The notes under the pieces: model-generated | The model's database searches: none | Told to the model about the DNA's origin: nothing | Seen by the model: only the letters and a program-made list of their open reading frames with translations | Translations under genes and position numbers: made by a program | From: an uncultured Anaerolineales bacterium | GTDB taxonomy: Bacteria; Chloroflexota; Anaerolineae; UBA3071 | NCBI GenBank assembly: GCA_965369635.1 | Contig: CBDURC010000003.1 | Location: 1 to 36,671, forward strand | Length of the DNA stretch: 36,671 nt | Direction of reading: 5' to 3' | Shown: piece after piece, positions 9,703-17,691 of the stretch | Layout of the letters: each line of letters begins with the position of its first letter | Numbering within the stretch: the first letter of the stretch is position 1

Positions 9703-10149
9703 ATGCCTTACGAGATCCCGCCTCGTGAGAGGCCCAAGGACGACAACGGCTACTTCGAGCAACTGACCAAGGCGGTCTTTCGGGCCGGCTTTAGCTGGAA
9801 GGTCATCCGCGACAAGTGGCCCAACTTCCAGCACGCCTTCGATGGCTTCGACATCGAGAAAGTGGCCTGCTACGATGCTCGAGATATGGATCGGCTGCTG
9901 TCCGATGGGGGAATCGTCCGCAATGGCCGCAAGATCGAAGCCACCATCCACAACGCCAATGTGATACAGCAACTCATCGCCGAGCATGGTTCGTTCTACC
10001 ACTACCTGCGCAGCCTGGATGGGCTGGACTACGCGGCCCGTCGCAAGGACCTGCACCGCCGCTTCAAGCACCTCGGCCCCATGGGCATATTCGTCTTTCT
10101 CCACTGCGTGGACGAGAATGTGCCGCAGTGGGAGGAACGGAACGTCTGA
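9703..10149 (+). CDS. tag: DNA-3-methyladenine glycosylase I (Tag)-like protein, short form
   Basis: YFEQLTKAVFRAGFSWKVIRDKW..F..AFDGFD..KVA.Y....LL.D.GIVRN.RKIEATIHNA...FKHLGP; GGAGA RBS before ATG 9703. Confidence 0.8.
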   Translation: MPYEIPPRERPKDDNGYFEQLTKAVFRAGFSWKVIRDKWPNFQHAFDGFDIEKVACYDARDMDRLLSDGGIVRNGRKIEATIHNANVIQQLIAEHGSFYHYLRSLDGLDYAARRKDLHRRFKHLGPMGIFVFLHCVDENVPQWEERNV

Positions 10150-10181
10150 TTGCGGATTGCGGAATGGGAAATCCGCAATCA
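10147..10181. terminator. Stem-loop after the tag-like gene
   Basis: tgattgcggatt ... aatccgcaatca, a 12-bp inverted repeat; no U-tract. Confidence 0.4.
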
Positions 10182-10303
10182 GAAATCCGAAGCCGTATGA
10201 TGAGGGCGATGATGCCGCTTCAACGTCTGCTTAGACGAGGGTCGGACCGTCTGGTTCTCGAAGCCACGGTCGAACTGGTGAGCCGAGAAGGATATTCCTG
10301 TGG

Positions 10304-10332
10304 TTGACAAAATCCGACTCTGATGATATACT
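10304..10332 (+). promoter_or_regulatory. Sigma70-type promoter
   Basis: TTGACA-17bp-TATACT with extended TG. Confidence 0.75.
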
Positions 10333-10398
10333 AGTGGTCACTGCAGGAACCGCATCACTTCACGTGTTTCCCCGGAAAGCGGGGAAGGAGGTTGCCAC

Positions 10399-11379
10399 AT
10401 GAGCGCCAGACGCTCTGTCCTCTTGGTCGCTACGTCCGTCATCCTCTGTTTGGTCAGTCTGTTGGCTGCGGGCTGCGGTGGATGGCGGGAGGCCTCATCT
10501 GCGGCGACAGGACCATTCCACATCAACTTGCCGCGCCTGCACGTGATCTACGATGAGCAAGGTGAGCCTAGCATTCTGGGAATCGCCCTGAGCACGGCCG
10601 AGAGCGTGGTGCGATCGGATTTTAGCATGCTCCGCCTCTCGCCAGAGCAGGTTCAGCAGTTGATGAACTGGAACATCCAACACATCGAGCTGGCCCTGAC
10701 AGAGGATGGGCTGTTCGTTTTCGTGAACAACAAGCCCCTGCCGTACCTGGCCTGGGATGAGCAAACCCTGGCCACCGTGGGAGCGATGGCAGACAAGCTG
10801 GATGTGCTACTGCCGTCCGCTGCTCGATTCGTCCGCCTGCAGAACGTCTTGCCCTTGATACTACGCGGTGTGGGGATAGGCATTGTCCTGGAGCTTCCCC
10901 TGGCTCCCGGCCAGGAGACCATTCCCTTCGAGGGTCATCCCAACGGCCTGCCAGTGACGCCGCCAGCGGAGGCTGCGGAGAAGCCGCTCACTCTCCACCT
11001 CCCCCTGCAATACGACCAGGCGGGGGAACTGTCTGTTGAAGACATCAAGCTGCAGGAGTTGGGAGAACTGACGGGTCAGCCCGTAGCAATCGGCAAGCTG
11101 GATCAAGTCACCATGGGCACTATCCAGCAGGCCGAAGTCGAATCCATGCTGATGAGGATGGAAGCCAAGGGTCTCGTGCCCTACGTCAATGGCCAGCCGA
11201 TGCCCTACATCGCCTGGGCGGACGAGTATCTGCTGAACCTGATTGAGCTCATTGAGGTCACATCTCCTGACGACCCCATCCTGGGCAATCCCTACCTCAT
11301 TGACCTGATTCGCCGCGCCGTTCCGGGGGTCAAGGAAACCGACATCCAACTCTCCGTCGAGTTCCCTGCGCAGCCGTAA
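10399..11379 (+). CDS. Hypothetical lipoprotein with two internal repeats
   Basis: AAGGAGG RBS; lipobox LAAG-C; duplicated unit (YDEQGE...GLFVFVNNKPLPYLAWDE / YDQAGE...GLVPYVNGQPMPYIAWAD). Confidence 0.8.
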   Translation: MSARRSVLLVATSVILCLVSLLAAGCGGWREASSAATGPFHINLPRLHVIYDEQGEPSILGIALSTAESVVRSDFSMLRLSPEQVQQLMNWNIQHIELALTEDGLFVFVNNKPLPYLAWDEQTLATVGAMADKLDVLLPSAARFVRLQNVLPLILRGVGIGIVLELPLAPGQETIPFEGHPNGLPVTPPAEAAEKPLTLHLPLQYDQAGELSVEDIKLQELGELTGQPVAIGKLDQVTMGTIQQAEVESMLMRMEAKGLVPYVNGQPMPYIAWADEYLLNLIELIEVTSPDDPILGNPYLIDLIRRAVPGVKETDIQLSVEFPAQP

Positions 11380-11443
11380 TCGGCGCACGACCTCCTGTGG
11401 CAGAGGCCGAGTTCCTGACAAGCGATGGGGAGGTGATGAAACC

Positions 11444-12256
11444 ATGAAGCGCTGGACGTGGTGGCTCATCGGCCTGATCGTACTGGCCATCCTGGTGGCC
11501 GCTGGGTATGCCGCGTGGCGGTGGGGACCGCTGGCGCGCTTGGAGACGACACCCACGCCCATTCCTCTCACATCCACTCCTGAGCTTACCGCTGTCGCCG
11601 AGGAAGAAGAGACGTTCTCCAAGATGCGGAAGCAGATGGTAGAGCGCACCATACGCGCCCGCGGCGTCAGCTATCCGGAGGTGCTGCGGGCCATGGAGAC
11701 GGTGCCCCGCCACCACTTTGTGCCAGATCGCTACCTGGCACAGGCCTACGCCGATCACCCGCTGCCCATCGGCTACGGCCAGACCATCTCCCAGCCCTAC
11801 ATTGTGGCGCTGATGACGGAATTACTGAGGCTGGAGTCGGACGAGCGAGTACTGGAGATCGGCACCGGCTCCGCTTACCAGGCGGCGGTGTTGGCCGAAC
11901 TGGTGAACGAAGTCTACTCCATCGAGATCGTCCCTGAACTGGCCGAAAGCAGTGCCCAGCGGCTGAAGGCGCTGGGCTACGACAACGTGCGCACGAAGCA
12001 AGGCGACGGCTACTACGGTTGGGAAGAATACGCCCCCTTCGATGCCATCATCGTCACCTGCGCGCCGGATCACGTGCCACAGCCGCTAATCAATCAACTG
12101 GCCGAAGGCGGGCGACTGGTCGTTCCCGTCGGCCCGCCGGGTGGCTATCAGACGCTGTGGCAGTACGTGCGGGAAGAGGACGGGCTGAAGGCCTACAACC
12201 TCGGCGGGGTGCGCTTCGTGCCCCTGCTGCGGGAGGTGCCACAGTCAGCCGATTGA
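11444..12256 (+). CDS. pcm: Protein-L-isoaspartate O-methyltransferase with N-terminal membrane anchor
   Basis: VPRHHFVP, AYADHPLPIGYGQTISQPYIVA, VLEIGTGSAYQAA, GDGYYGWEEYAPFDAIIVT, QLAEGGRLVVPVG; GGAGGTG RBS. Confidence 0.93.
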   Translation: MKRWTWWLIGLIVLAILVAAGYAAWRWGPLARLETTPTPIPLTSTPELTAVAEEEETFSKMRKQMVERTIRARGVSYPEVLRAMETVPRHHFVPDRYLAQAYADHPLPIGYGQTISQPYIVALMTELLRLESDERVLEIGTGSAYQAAVLAELVNEVYSIEIVPELAESSAQRLKALGYDNVRTKQGDGYYGWEEYAPFDAIIVTCAPDHVPQPLINQLAEGGRLVVPVGPPGGYQTLWQYVREEDGLKAYNLGGVRFVPLLREVPQSAD

Positions 12257-14877
12257 GCCGATTGAGCCGATGATTCATCGGTTGCATCGGCTTCATCCGT
12301 TTCATTGGCCTCATCCGTTTCATTGGCCTCATCGGTTTCGTCGGCTTCATCGGCTGACTCTGCCAGACCCCAGACGCTCAGCGCCGCGGCAGCGTAGCAG
12401 GCAGCGCCTGCGCCTAGCACTGCGCTGAAACCCCACGACACCGCTCCTAGCGCAGACAGAATCGAACTGAGCACCGAGGTGCAGCCGTTGACCGCCCAGG
12501 CCCAGGGGATGAGCCTGGGCGCTCCTCGTTCTAGGAGTCCGATGCCTTTGGGGAAGGGCACGCCCATCAGAAAGCCGAGCGGGGCCAGTGTCAGCACAGC
12601 GACGACGAAGCGGTAGCCCAGTGGCAATCCCAGCGTCAACCGGAAGAGCGGCGGTAGGAGCAGTGGATAGAGAACGATGGCCGCGACCAGCGCGCTGAGC
12701 ATCAGGCGGTGCGGCAAGCGCGGCGCACAGAAGCTGCCCAGGCCCGAGAAGAGCAGCAAGGCGAACAACACAGCGGTCATGGCGTACACAGGCTGACCCA
12801 GGAAGAGGATGAACCGCTGCATAAGTGGGATCTCCACGAACAGATAGGCCAGCCCCAGCAACCCGAAGTACAGAAAGGTCCACCCCCTGAGCTTGCCGAG
12901 TTCCCACGGATTCCCCCGAGCACCATCAGACCCTGCATCGGATTGTCCGGCTCTCCTCACCAGGAGCGGCCCCAGGATCAGCACCGCAGAGGCCAACAGC
13001 GTCAGCGCCAACAGCGCCAGAAACACGAAGTAGCCACTGCCGCCGAAGGGCTGCCACGTCTTGCCCAGCGTGCGCAGGATGGCCGGCGTCTGCTGCCAGC
13101 GGAAGAAGTGAAAGAAGAAGGGATGATCGTCAGTCGGTGGGGCGACGGCGAAGGGGTAGGCGGCATAGAAGGTTCGCCGGTCGGCGGCGACCAGCAGTTC
13201 GCCGAAGGCCTGGGCGTAGGTCGGCTCCGGCAGCACGTTGTAGCGGTTGATCTCCTCGGCGCTGATGCCAGGCCCGACGACGAGATCGAAGCGGCGCGCA
13301 GCGCAGAACTCCCTCACAGCGTCCACTTCCGCCGAAGTGAAGCCGCTCTCCTTGACCAAGAACGTCCCCGTCTGCACGCCGCGGAAGGCGATCACGCTGG
13401 CCGCCGGATGGCTGACGCCAGTTCTCTCCAGTGCTTCCAGGATCAACGCCAGCGTGCGAACGCTCTCGCTGGGCGGGGTCTGCAGCCATCGTGTCACCAC
13501 CAGCAAGCCGTCGTCCTCCAGGTGGGCCAGATACTCGCCGAAGGCCTCGACGGTGTGCACGTAGTCCTCAGCCAGGCTGTAGACGCCAGAGGTCACGGGA
13601 CGATAAGATCCTGTGAGTGCCAGTTGCACCAGATCGAAGAACTCGCCGCTGCGGCGCAGATAGCTGCGCCCCGCCTCCGTCACTACGGTCACCCGCGGAT
13701 CACCGTACACATCGCTGGCGGGCGGGGCCATGCCGTAGCGAGCAGCAGCAACCAGCAGCGGGTTGCTTTCCACGGTGGTGATGGCAGAAGCGCCCTGTGC
13801 CAGAGCGGCCCACACGTCCAGCCCCCCTCTCGGTTCCAGGATGAGCGCCCGCGCCCCCGGCCGCAAGCGGTAAGCTACCGCCGCTGGCAGATAGCCGCTG
13901 AACGCTAACTCGGCTTGCGGGTCGACAATGAGCGGCACGGGGGAGAGATCGTCACCATCCACGGCCAGGCCAAGCTGCGGTGGGGGCGCGCCGCTGTAGG
14001 TGTAGCTCAGTCCTGGCAGTTGCCGTACGCCAGGGCTCTCCAGGAGATCCACGCGGGAGAAAGCATTCCAGTCGCTGAAGACGACCCGAGCACCCGGATA
14101 GTGCAGTGCCTGGCTCAGTCCCTTGTAGGGCGAAAGCTGAACATCGAGGAAAGGTGGCCGCGCCAGCGTCAGCCAGGCCAGCAGCGCCGTGCCCGCCAGG
14201 TAGCCCAGGGGCAGCACACCACGGAAGCTCGCGCCGGACGGCTGCGTCCGCCGCCTTTCCGCCGAACTTGGCCGTCCGGCGGGAGCGAGTCGTGATTTGG
14301 CGAAAGCGGCCGCACTGAGCCAGCCCAGTAGCCCCGCTGCAGCGATAGTGCCTGGCCCGCCCAGCCGGGGCAGCAGCAACACAGCCAGCAAACAGCCTGC
14401 TGCCGAACCGGCCAGGTTGGCAGCGTAGAAACGGTTGGTCCGCTCGGGGGCCGCAGCCAGCGGAATGGACACCACCAACCCACTGAGGGCGAAGGGCACA
14501 AGCAGCACCAGGTAATGCAGCAGCAAGTAGGCGACTTGCAGCCGGTCCCAGGCGATGCTATAGGAGTCGAAGGGCAGGATGTTCGTGAGCAGGTAGCTGG
14601 CGGGCACGCTGAGGCCAAAGGCGGCTGCCAGCCAGACCAGGCGGCGGGGCCAGCGCCCGCGTGCCAGCCGCGGCCAGAGCGTCAGAGCCGATCCGCTGGC
14701 ACCGAAGCCCAGCAGCGCCAGGCTCACGGCCATGAAGGCGAAATGGTAGAACTGGGCCACAGAGAAAATGCGCGTCAGGCTGATTTCGAAGACAAAAGTG
14801 GCTGCCGCCAGCAAGAACAGGCCCAGGTAGATGGGGATCACGGCTTTCCCTTTTCGCACGATCACTCCGTCAAGCAT
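12193..14877 (-). CDS. Polytopic membrane protein with a central spermidine-synthase-like SAM-binding domain
   Basis: FEISLTRIFSVAQFYHFAFM, YAANLAGSAAGC, WNAFSRVD, VESNP, EAGRSYLRRS..FDLVQL, PPTDDHPFF, PLGFLMGVPFPKG, WAWAVNG. The start is uncertain (14925, 14877 or GTG 14841). Confidence 0.85.
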   Translation of the reverse strand: MLDGVIVRKGKAVIPIYLGLFLLAAATFVFEISLTRIFSVAQFYHFAFMAVSLALLGFGASGSALTLWPRLARGRWPRRLVWLAAAFGLSVPASYLLTNILPFDSYSIAWDRLQVAYLLLHYLVLLVPFALSGLVVSIPLAAAPERTNRFYAANLAGSAAGCLLAVLLLPRLGGPGTIAAAGLLGWLSAAAFAKSRLAPAGRPSSAERRRTQPSGASFRGVLPLGYLAGTALLAWLTLARPPFLDVQLSPYKGLSQALHYPGARVVFSDWNAFSRVDLLESPGVRQLPGLSYTYSGAPPPQLGLAVDGDDLSPVPLIVDPQAELAFSGYLPAAVAYRLRPGARALILEPRGGLDVWAALAQGASAITTVESNPLLVAAARYGMAPPASDVYGDPRVTVVTEAGRSYLRRSGEFFDLVQLALTGSYRPVTSGVYSLAEDYVHTVEAFGEYLAHLEDDGLLVVTRWLQTPPSESVRTLALILEALERTGVSHPAASVIAFRGVQTGTFLVKESGFTSAEVDAVREFCAARRFDLVVGPGISAEEINRYNVLPEPTYAQAFGELLVAADRRTFYAAYPFAVAPPTDDHPFFFHFFRWQQTPAILRTLGKTWQPFGGSGYFVFLALLALTLLASAVLILGPLLVRRAGQSDAGSDGARGNPWELGKLRGWTFLYFGLLGLAYLFVEIPLMQRFILFLGQPVYAMTAVLFALLLFSGLGSFCAPRLPHRLMLSALVAAIVLYPLLLPPLFRLTLGLPLGYRFVVAVLTLAPLGFLMGVPFPKGIGLLERGAPRLIPWAWAVNGCTSVLSSILSALGAVSWGFSAVLGAGAACYAAAALSVWGLAESADEADETDEANETDEANETDEADATDESSAQSAQSADCGTSRSRGTKRTPPRL
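12245..12357. repeat. 9-bp tandem repeats in two opposed orientations at the convergent gene junction
   Basis: gccgattga x2 plus gccgatga, followed by ~9 copies of a (t/c)tcatcggc-like unit. Confidence 0.85.
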
Positions 14878-14937
14878 GGCGGGCCCGTTTCTCTCCATCG
14901 GCTCCATTGGACTCATCGGCTTCATCAGCTGACCTGA

Positions 14938-14966
14938 ACTATAGCAGAAAGATGGCCGCTGGTCAA
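14938..14966 (-). promoter_or_regulatory. Sigma70-type promoter for the membrane methyltransferase-like gene
   Basis: TTGACC-17bp-TATAGT with extended TG on the minus strand. Confidence 0.6.
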
Positions 14967-15131
14967 GATGAAAGATAGGCTCTGGGTTTCTGCTTTCGCT
15001 GAAGTCATGCTAGAATGGGCGAAGACCGAGCAGCCATGACTTATGTCATAGCATGCGGCGGGACAGTTCGCTATCATTATGGAAGGGTTTGTGTATTCAT
15101 CCACTGGCGAAGTGAACAAGGAGGCGATATA

Positions 15132-15992
15132 GTGTACAAGATTCTGGCCCGAGAGGACTTGGCCCCGATCACCAAGTTGATGGTCATCGAAGCGCCTGAG
15201 GTGGCGCGCAAGACGCAGGCGGGCCAGTTCGTCATCGTGCGCATCGGTGAAGAGGGCGAACGTATCCCCCTGACCGTCGCCGACTTCGACCGCCAGGCGG
15301 GCACGATCACCCTCATTCTGCAGGAAGTGGGCAAGTCCACCATGCACCTGGGTATGTTGAAAGCCGGAGACAGCCTGGCCAGCTTCACCGGGCCACTGGG
15401 CGAGCCTAGCGAGATCGAGAACTACGGCACGGTGCTTTGCATTGGTGGCGGGGTGGGCATTGCACCCATCTTCCCCATCGCCCGTGCCCTGCGGAAGGCA
15501 GGTAACCAGGTCATCTCCATCATCGGCGCCCGCAACAAGGGGCTGCTCTTCTGGGAGGACAAGATGCGCAGCGTCAGCGACGAGTTGATCGTCTGCACCG
15601 ACGACGGCTCCTATGGGCGCAAGGCTCTGGTCACCGTGCCCATGAGAGAGCTCCTGGAGCAACGTGACGACGTGAGTCGCATCTGGGCTATCGGGCCGGC
15701 GATCATGATGAAGTTCTGCAGCCTGACGGCCCAGCCGTTCGACGTGCCCATCATCGTCAGCCTGAATTCCATCATGGTGGATGGGACAGGGATGTGCGGC
15801 GCCTGCCGCGTGGAGGTGGGTGGTCGTACCCGGTTTGTCTGTGTAGATGGACCGGAATTCGACGGACGAGACGTGGACTGGGACCAACTGCTGGCCCGCC
15901 AGCGCATCTATCTCGAAGAGGAGAAACTGGCGCGGGAGAAGTTTGAGCATGAGTGCTGCAGCAAACATAAGAGCTCAGGGAGTGCAGTGTAA
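15132..15992 (+). CDS. nfnA: NfnA/SudB-type FAD/NAD-binding [2Fe-2S] subunit of electron-bifurcating transhydrogenase
   Basis: GTG after AAGGAGG; AGQFVIVR..GERIPLT, GPLG.PS, GGGVG.AP, TDDGSYG, SLNSIMVDGTGMCGACR...CVDGPEFD. Confidence 0.88.
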   Translation: MYKILAREDLAPITKLMVIEAPEVARKTQAGQFVIVRIGEEGERIPLTVADFDRQAGTITLILQEVGKSTMHLGMLKAGDSLASFTGPLGEPSEIENYGTVLCIGGGVGIAPIFPIARALRKAGNQVISIIGARNKGLLFWEDKMRSVSDELIVCTDDGSYGRKALVTVPMRELLEQRDDVSRIWAIGPAIMMKFCSLTAQPFDVPIIVSLNSIMVDGTGMCGACRVEVGGRTRFVCVDGPEFDGRDVDWDQLLARQRIYLEEEKLAREKFEHECCSKHKSSGSAV

Positions 15993-17461
15993 TGCCTGAA
16001 ACGACGAAAACCAAGCCGAAACGACCCAAGCCGGGGGCTATTCCCCGTCAGGAGATGCCGCGACAGGCAGCAGAGGTGCGGCGCGCCAATTTCAACGAGG
16101 TGGCCCTGGGCCTGACCATGGAGATGGCGCAACGGGAGGCGCAGCGCTGCCTGCAGTGCAAGAAGCCGCTCTGCATTGCTGGCTGCCCTGTCGAGGTGCG
16201 CATTCCCGAATTCATCCTCGCTCTGGGCGAAGGCAACATGCCCGAGGCGGTGCGGTTGCTCAAGGACAAGAACAACCTGCCAGCCATTTGCGGGCGGGTC
16301 TGTCCGCAGGAGACGCAGTGCGAGGAAGTATGCGTGCTGAGCAAGAAGTTCGAGCCTGTGGCCATCGGCCGGCTGGAGCGGTTCGTCGCCGACTGGGAAC
16401 TGGCGCAGGGGGTGGAGGCGCCGGAGCCGTTGCCACCCACCGGCAAGCGGGTAGCTGTCATCGGGGCCGGGCCGGCGGGACTCACCTGCGCGGCCGATCT
16501 CGCTCGCTGCGGCCATCAGGTGACACTCTTCGAGGCGCTGCACGCCCCCGGCGGCGTGCTCATGTACGGCATCCCCGAGTTCCGCCTGCCCAAGCGCACT
16601 GTGCACGCTGAGGTGGATTACGTCAAGAGCCTGGGTGTGGACCTTCAACTGGACGCTGTGGTGGGCAAGCTGTACACGCTGAACGAACTGCTGGGCGAAC
16701 GGGGATATGACGCCATATTCCTGGGTACGGGGGCGGGGCTGCCCCGCTTCATGCGCATCCCCGGCGAGAACTACAACGGCGTCTATTCGGCCAACGAGTT
16801 CCTGACCCGCGTCAACCTGATGAAAGCCTACCTCTTCCCGGAGTACGACACACCGGTGAAGGTGGGCAAGCGGGTGGCGGTGATCGGGGGCGGCAACGTG
16901 GCCATGGACAGCGCTCGTTGTGCGCTGCGGCTGGGCTGGCAGCGTGCCCTGGCCAAGGGAAACGAACCGCCCGAGGTGACCATCGTCTACCGCCGCTCGC
17001 GGGTGGAGTTACCTGCCCGTTTGGAAGAGGTGGAGAACGCCGAGGAAGAGGGCGTGGAGTTCAGACTGCTCACCAACCCTGTGGAGATCTATGGCGACGA
17101 GCAGGGCTGGGTGCGAGGCATGCGCTGCATCCGCATGGAGCTGGGCGAGCCGGACGACAGCGGCCGGCGGCGTCCGATTCCCATCGAGGGCTCCGAGTTC
17201 GACATGGAGGTGGACGTGGTGGTCGTGGCCATCGGCACCAGTCCCAATCCGCTGGTCTTCACCGACGCCGGCGGGCTGGAGCGCACCCGATGGGGTACGG
17301 TGGTGGCAGACGAGGAGACAGGCCGCACAACCAAGCAGGGGGTCTGGGCCGGAGGCGACATAGTCACCGGCGCCGCAACGGTGATCAGTGCCATGGGCGC
17401 GGGCCAGCGGGCCGCAGCCGACATCCATCGCTACCTGGTGGGCGAGGAGATCTGCGAGTAG
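15992..17461 (+). CDS. nfnB: NfnB/SudA-type (GltD-like) NADP-binding Fe-S flavoprotein
   Basis: RCLQCKKPLCIAGCPV, CGRVCPQETQCE, GAGPAGL, YGIPEFRLPK, SANEFLTRVNLMKAY, GGGNVAMD, GGDIVTGAATVISAMGAG; coupled to nfnA through TAATG. Confidence 0.9.
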   Translation: MPETTKTKPKRPKPGAIPRQEMPRQAAEVRRANFNEVALGLTMEMAQREAQRCLQCKKPLCIAGCPVEVRIPEFILALGEGNMPEAVRLLKDKNNLPAICGRVCPQETQCEEVCVLSKKFEPVAIGRLERFVADWELAQGVEAPEPLPPTGKRVAVIGAGPAGLTCAADLARCGHQVTLFEALHAPGGVLMYGIPEFRLPKRTVHAEVDYVKSLGVDLQLDAVVGKLYTLNELLGERGYDAIFLGTGAGLPRFMRIPGENYNGVYSANEFLTRVNLMKAYLFPEYDTPVKVGKRVAVIGGGNVAMDSARCALRLGWQRALAKGNEPPEVTIVYRRSRVELPARLEEVENAEEEGVEFRLLTNPVEIYGDEQGWVRGMRCIRMELGEPDDSGRRRPIPIEGSEFDMEVDVVVVAIGTSPNPLVFTDAGGLERTRWGTVVADEETGRTTKQGVWAGGDIVTGAATVISAMGAGQRAAADIHRYLVGEEICE

Positions 17462-17474
17462 ATCATCTCGACAA

Positions 17475-17503
17475 TTGGGTTCTCGGCGAAGTCGTGGTAC
17501 AAT
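17475..17503 (+). promoter_or_regulatory. Extended -10 promoter
   Basis: TTGGGT-17bp-TACAAT with TG at 17495-17496. Confidence 0.5.
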
Positions 17504-17507
17504 AAGA

Positions 17508-17637
17508 TCGTCCGGCCAACCTGGTATGTGTCCCTCATGCACAGGAGCTGACGACGTAGCCCACATCAACGCCGCCTCCTGGGCAAACAGGGGGCGGCGC
17601 TTGGCGTTTCGGGAGTGGGCCGCTGGCCGCGGCGATG
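17508..17637 (+). ncRNA. Candidate structured leader or small RNA (family not recognised)
   Basis: Starts at the predicted transcription start. Hairpin 17508-17554; 12-bp hairpin 17570-17599; alternative long-range pairing of the 5' end with 17624-17636. Confidence 0.35.
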
Positions 17638-17691
17638 TGAAGTGCTTTGTGTATTGCCCAGTTGGCCGCGATGCGTCGAGGAGGTGCTAGA

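Noticed and set aside
15992-17461. Glutamate synthase small subunit (gltD)
   Set aside because: No gltB large subunit; translational coupling to an NfnA-type gene indicates NfnAB/SudAB.
17508-17637. Naming the leader as a ZTP riboswitch, c-di-GMP riboswitch or 6S RNA
   Set aside because: Only superficial matches (gccgcctcctgggc, ggcaaac, a closing stem); core consensus elements are missing and it is short for 6S.
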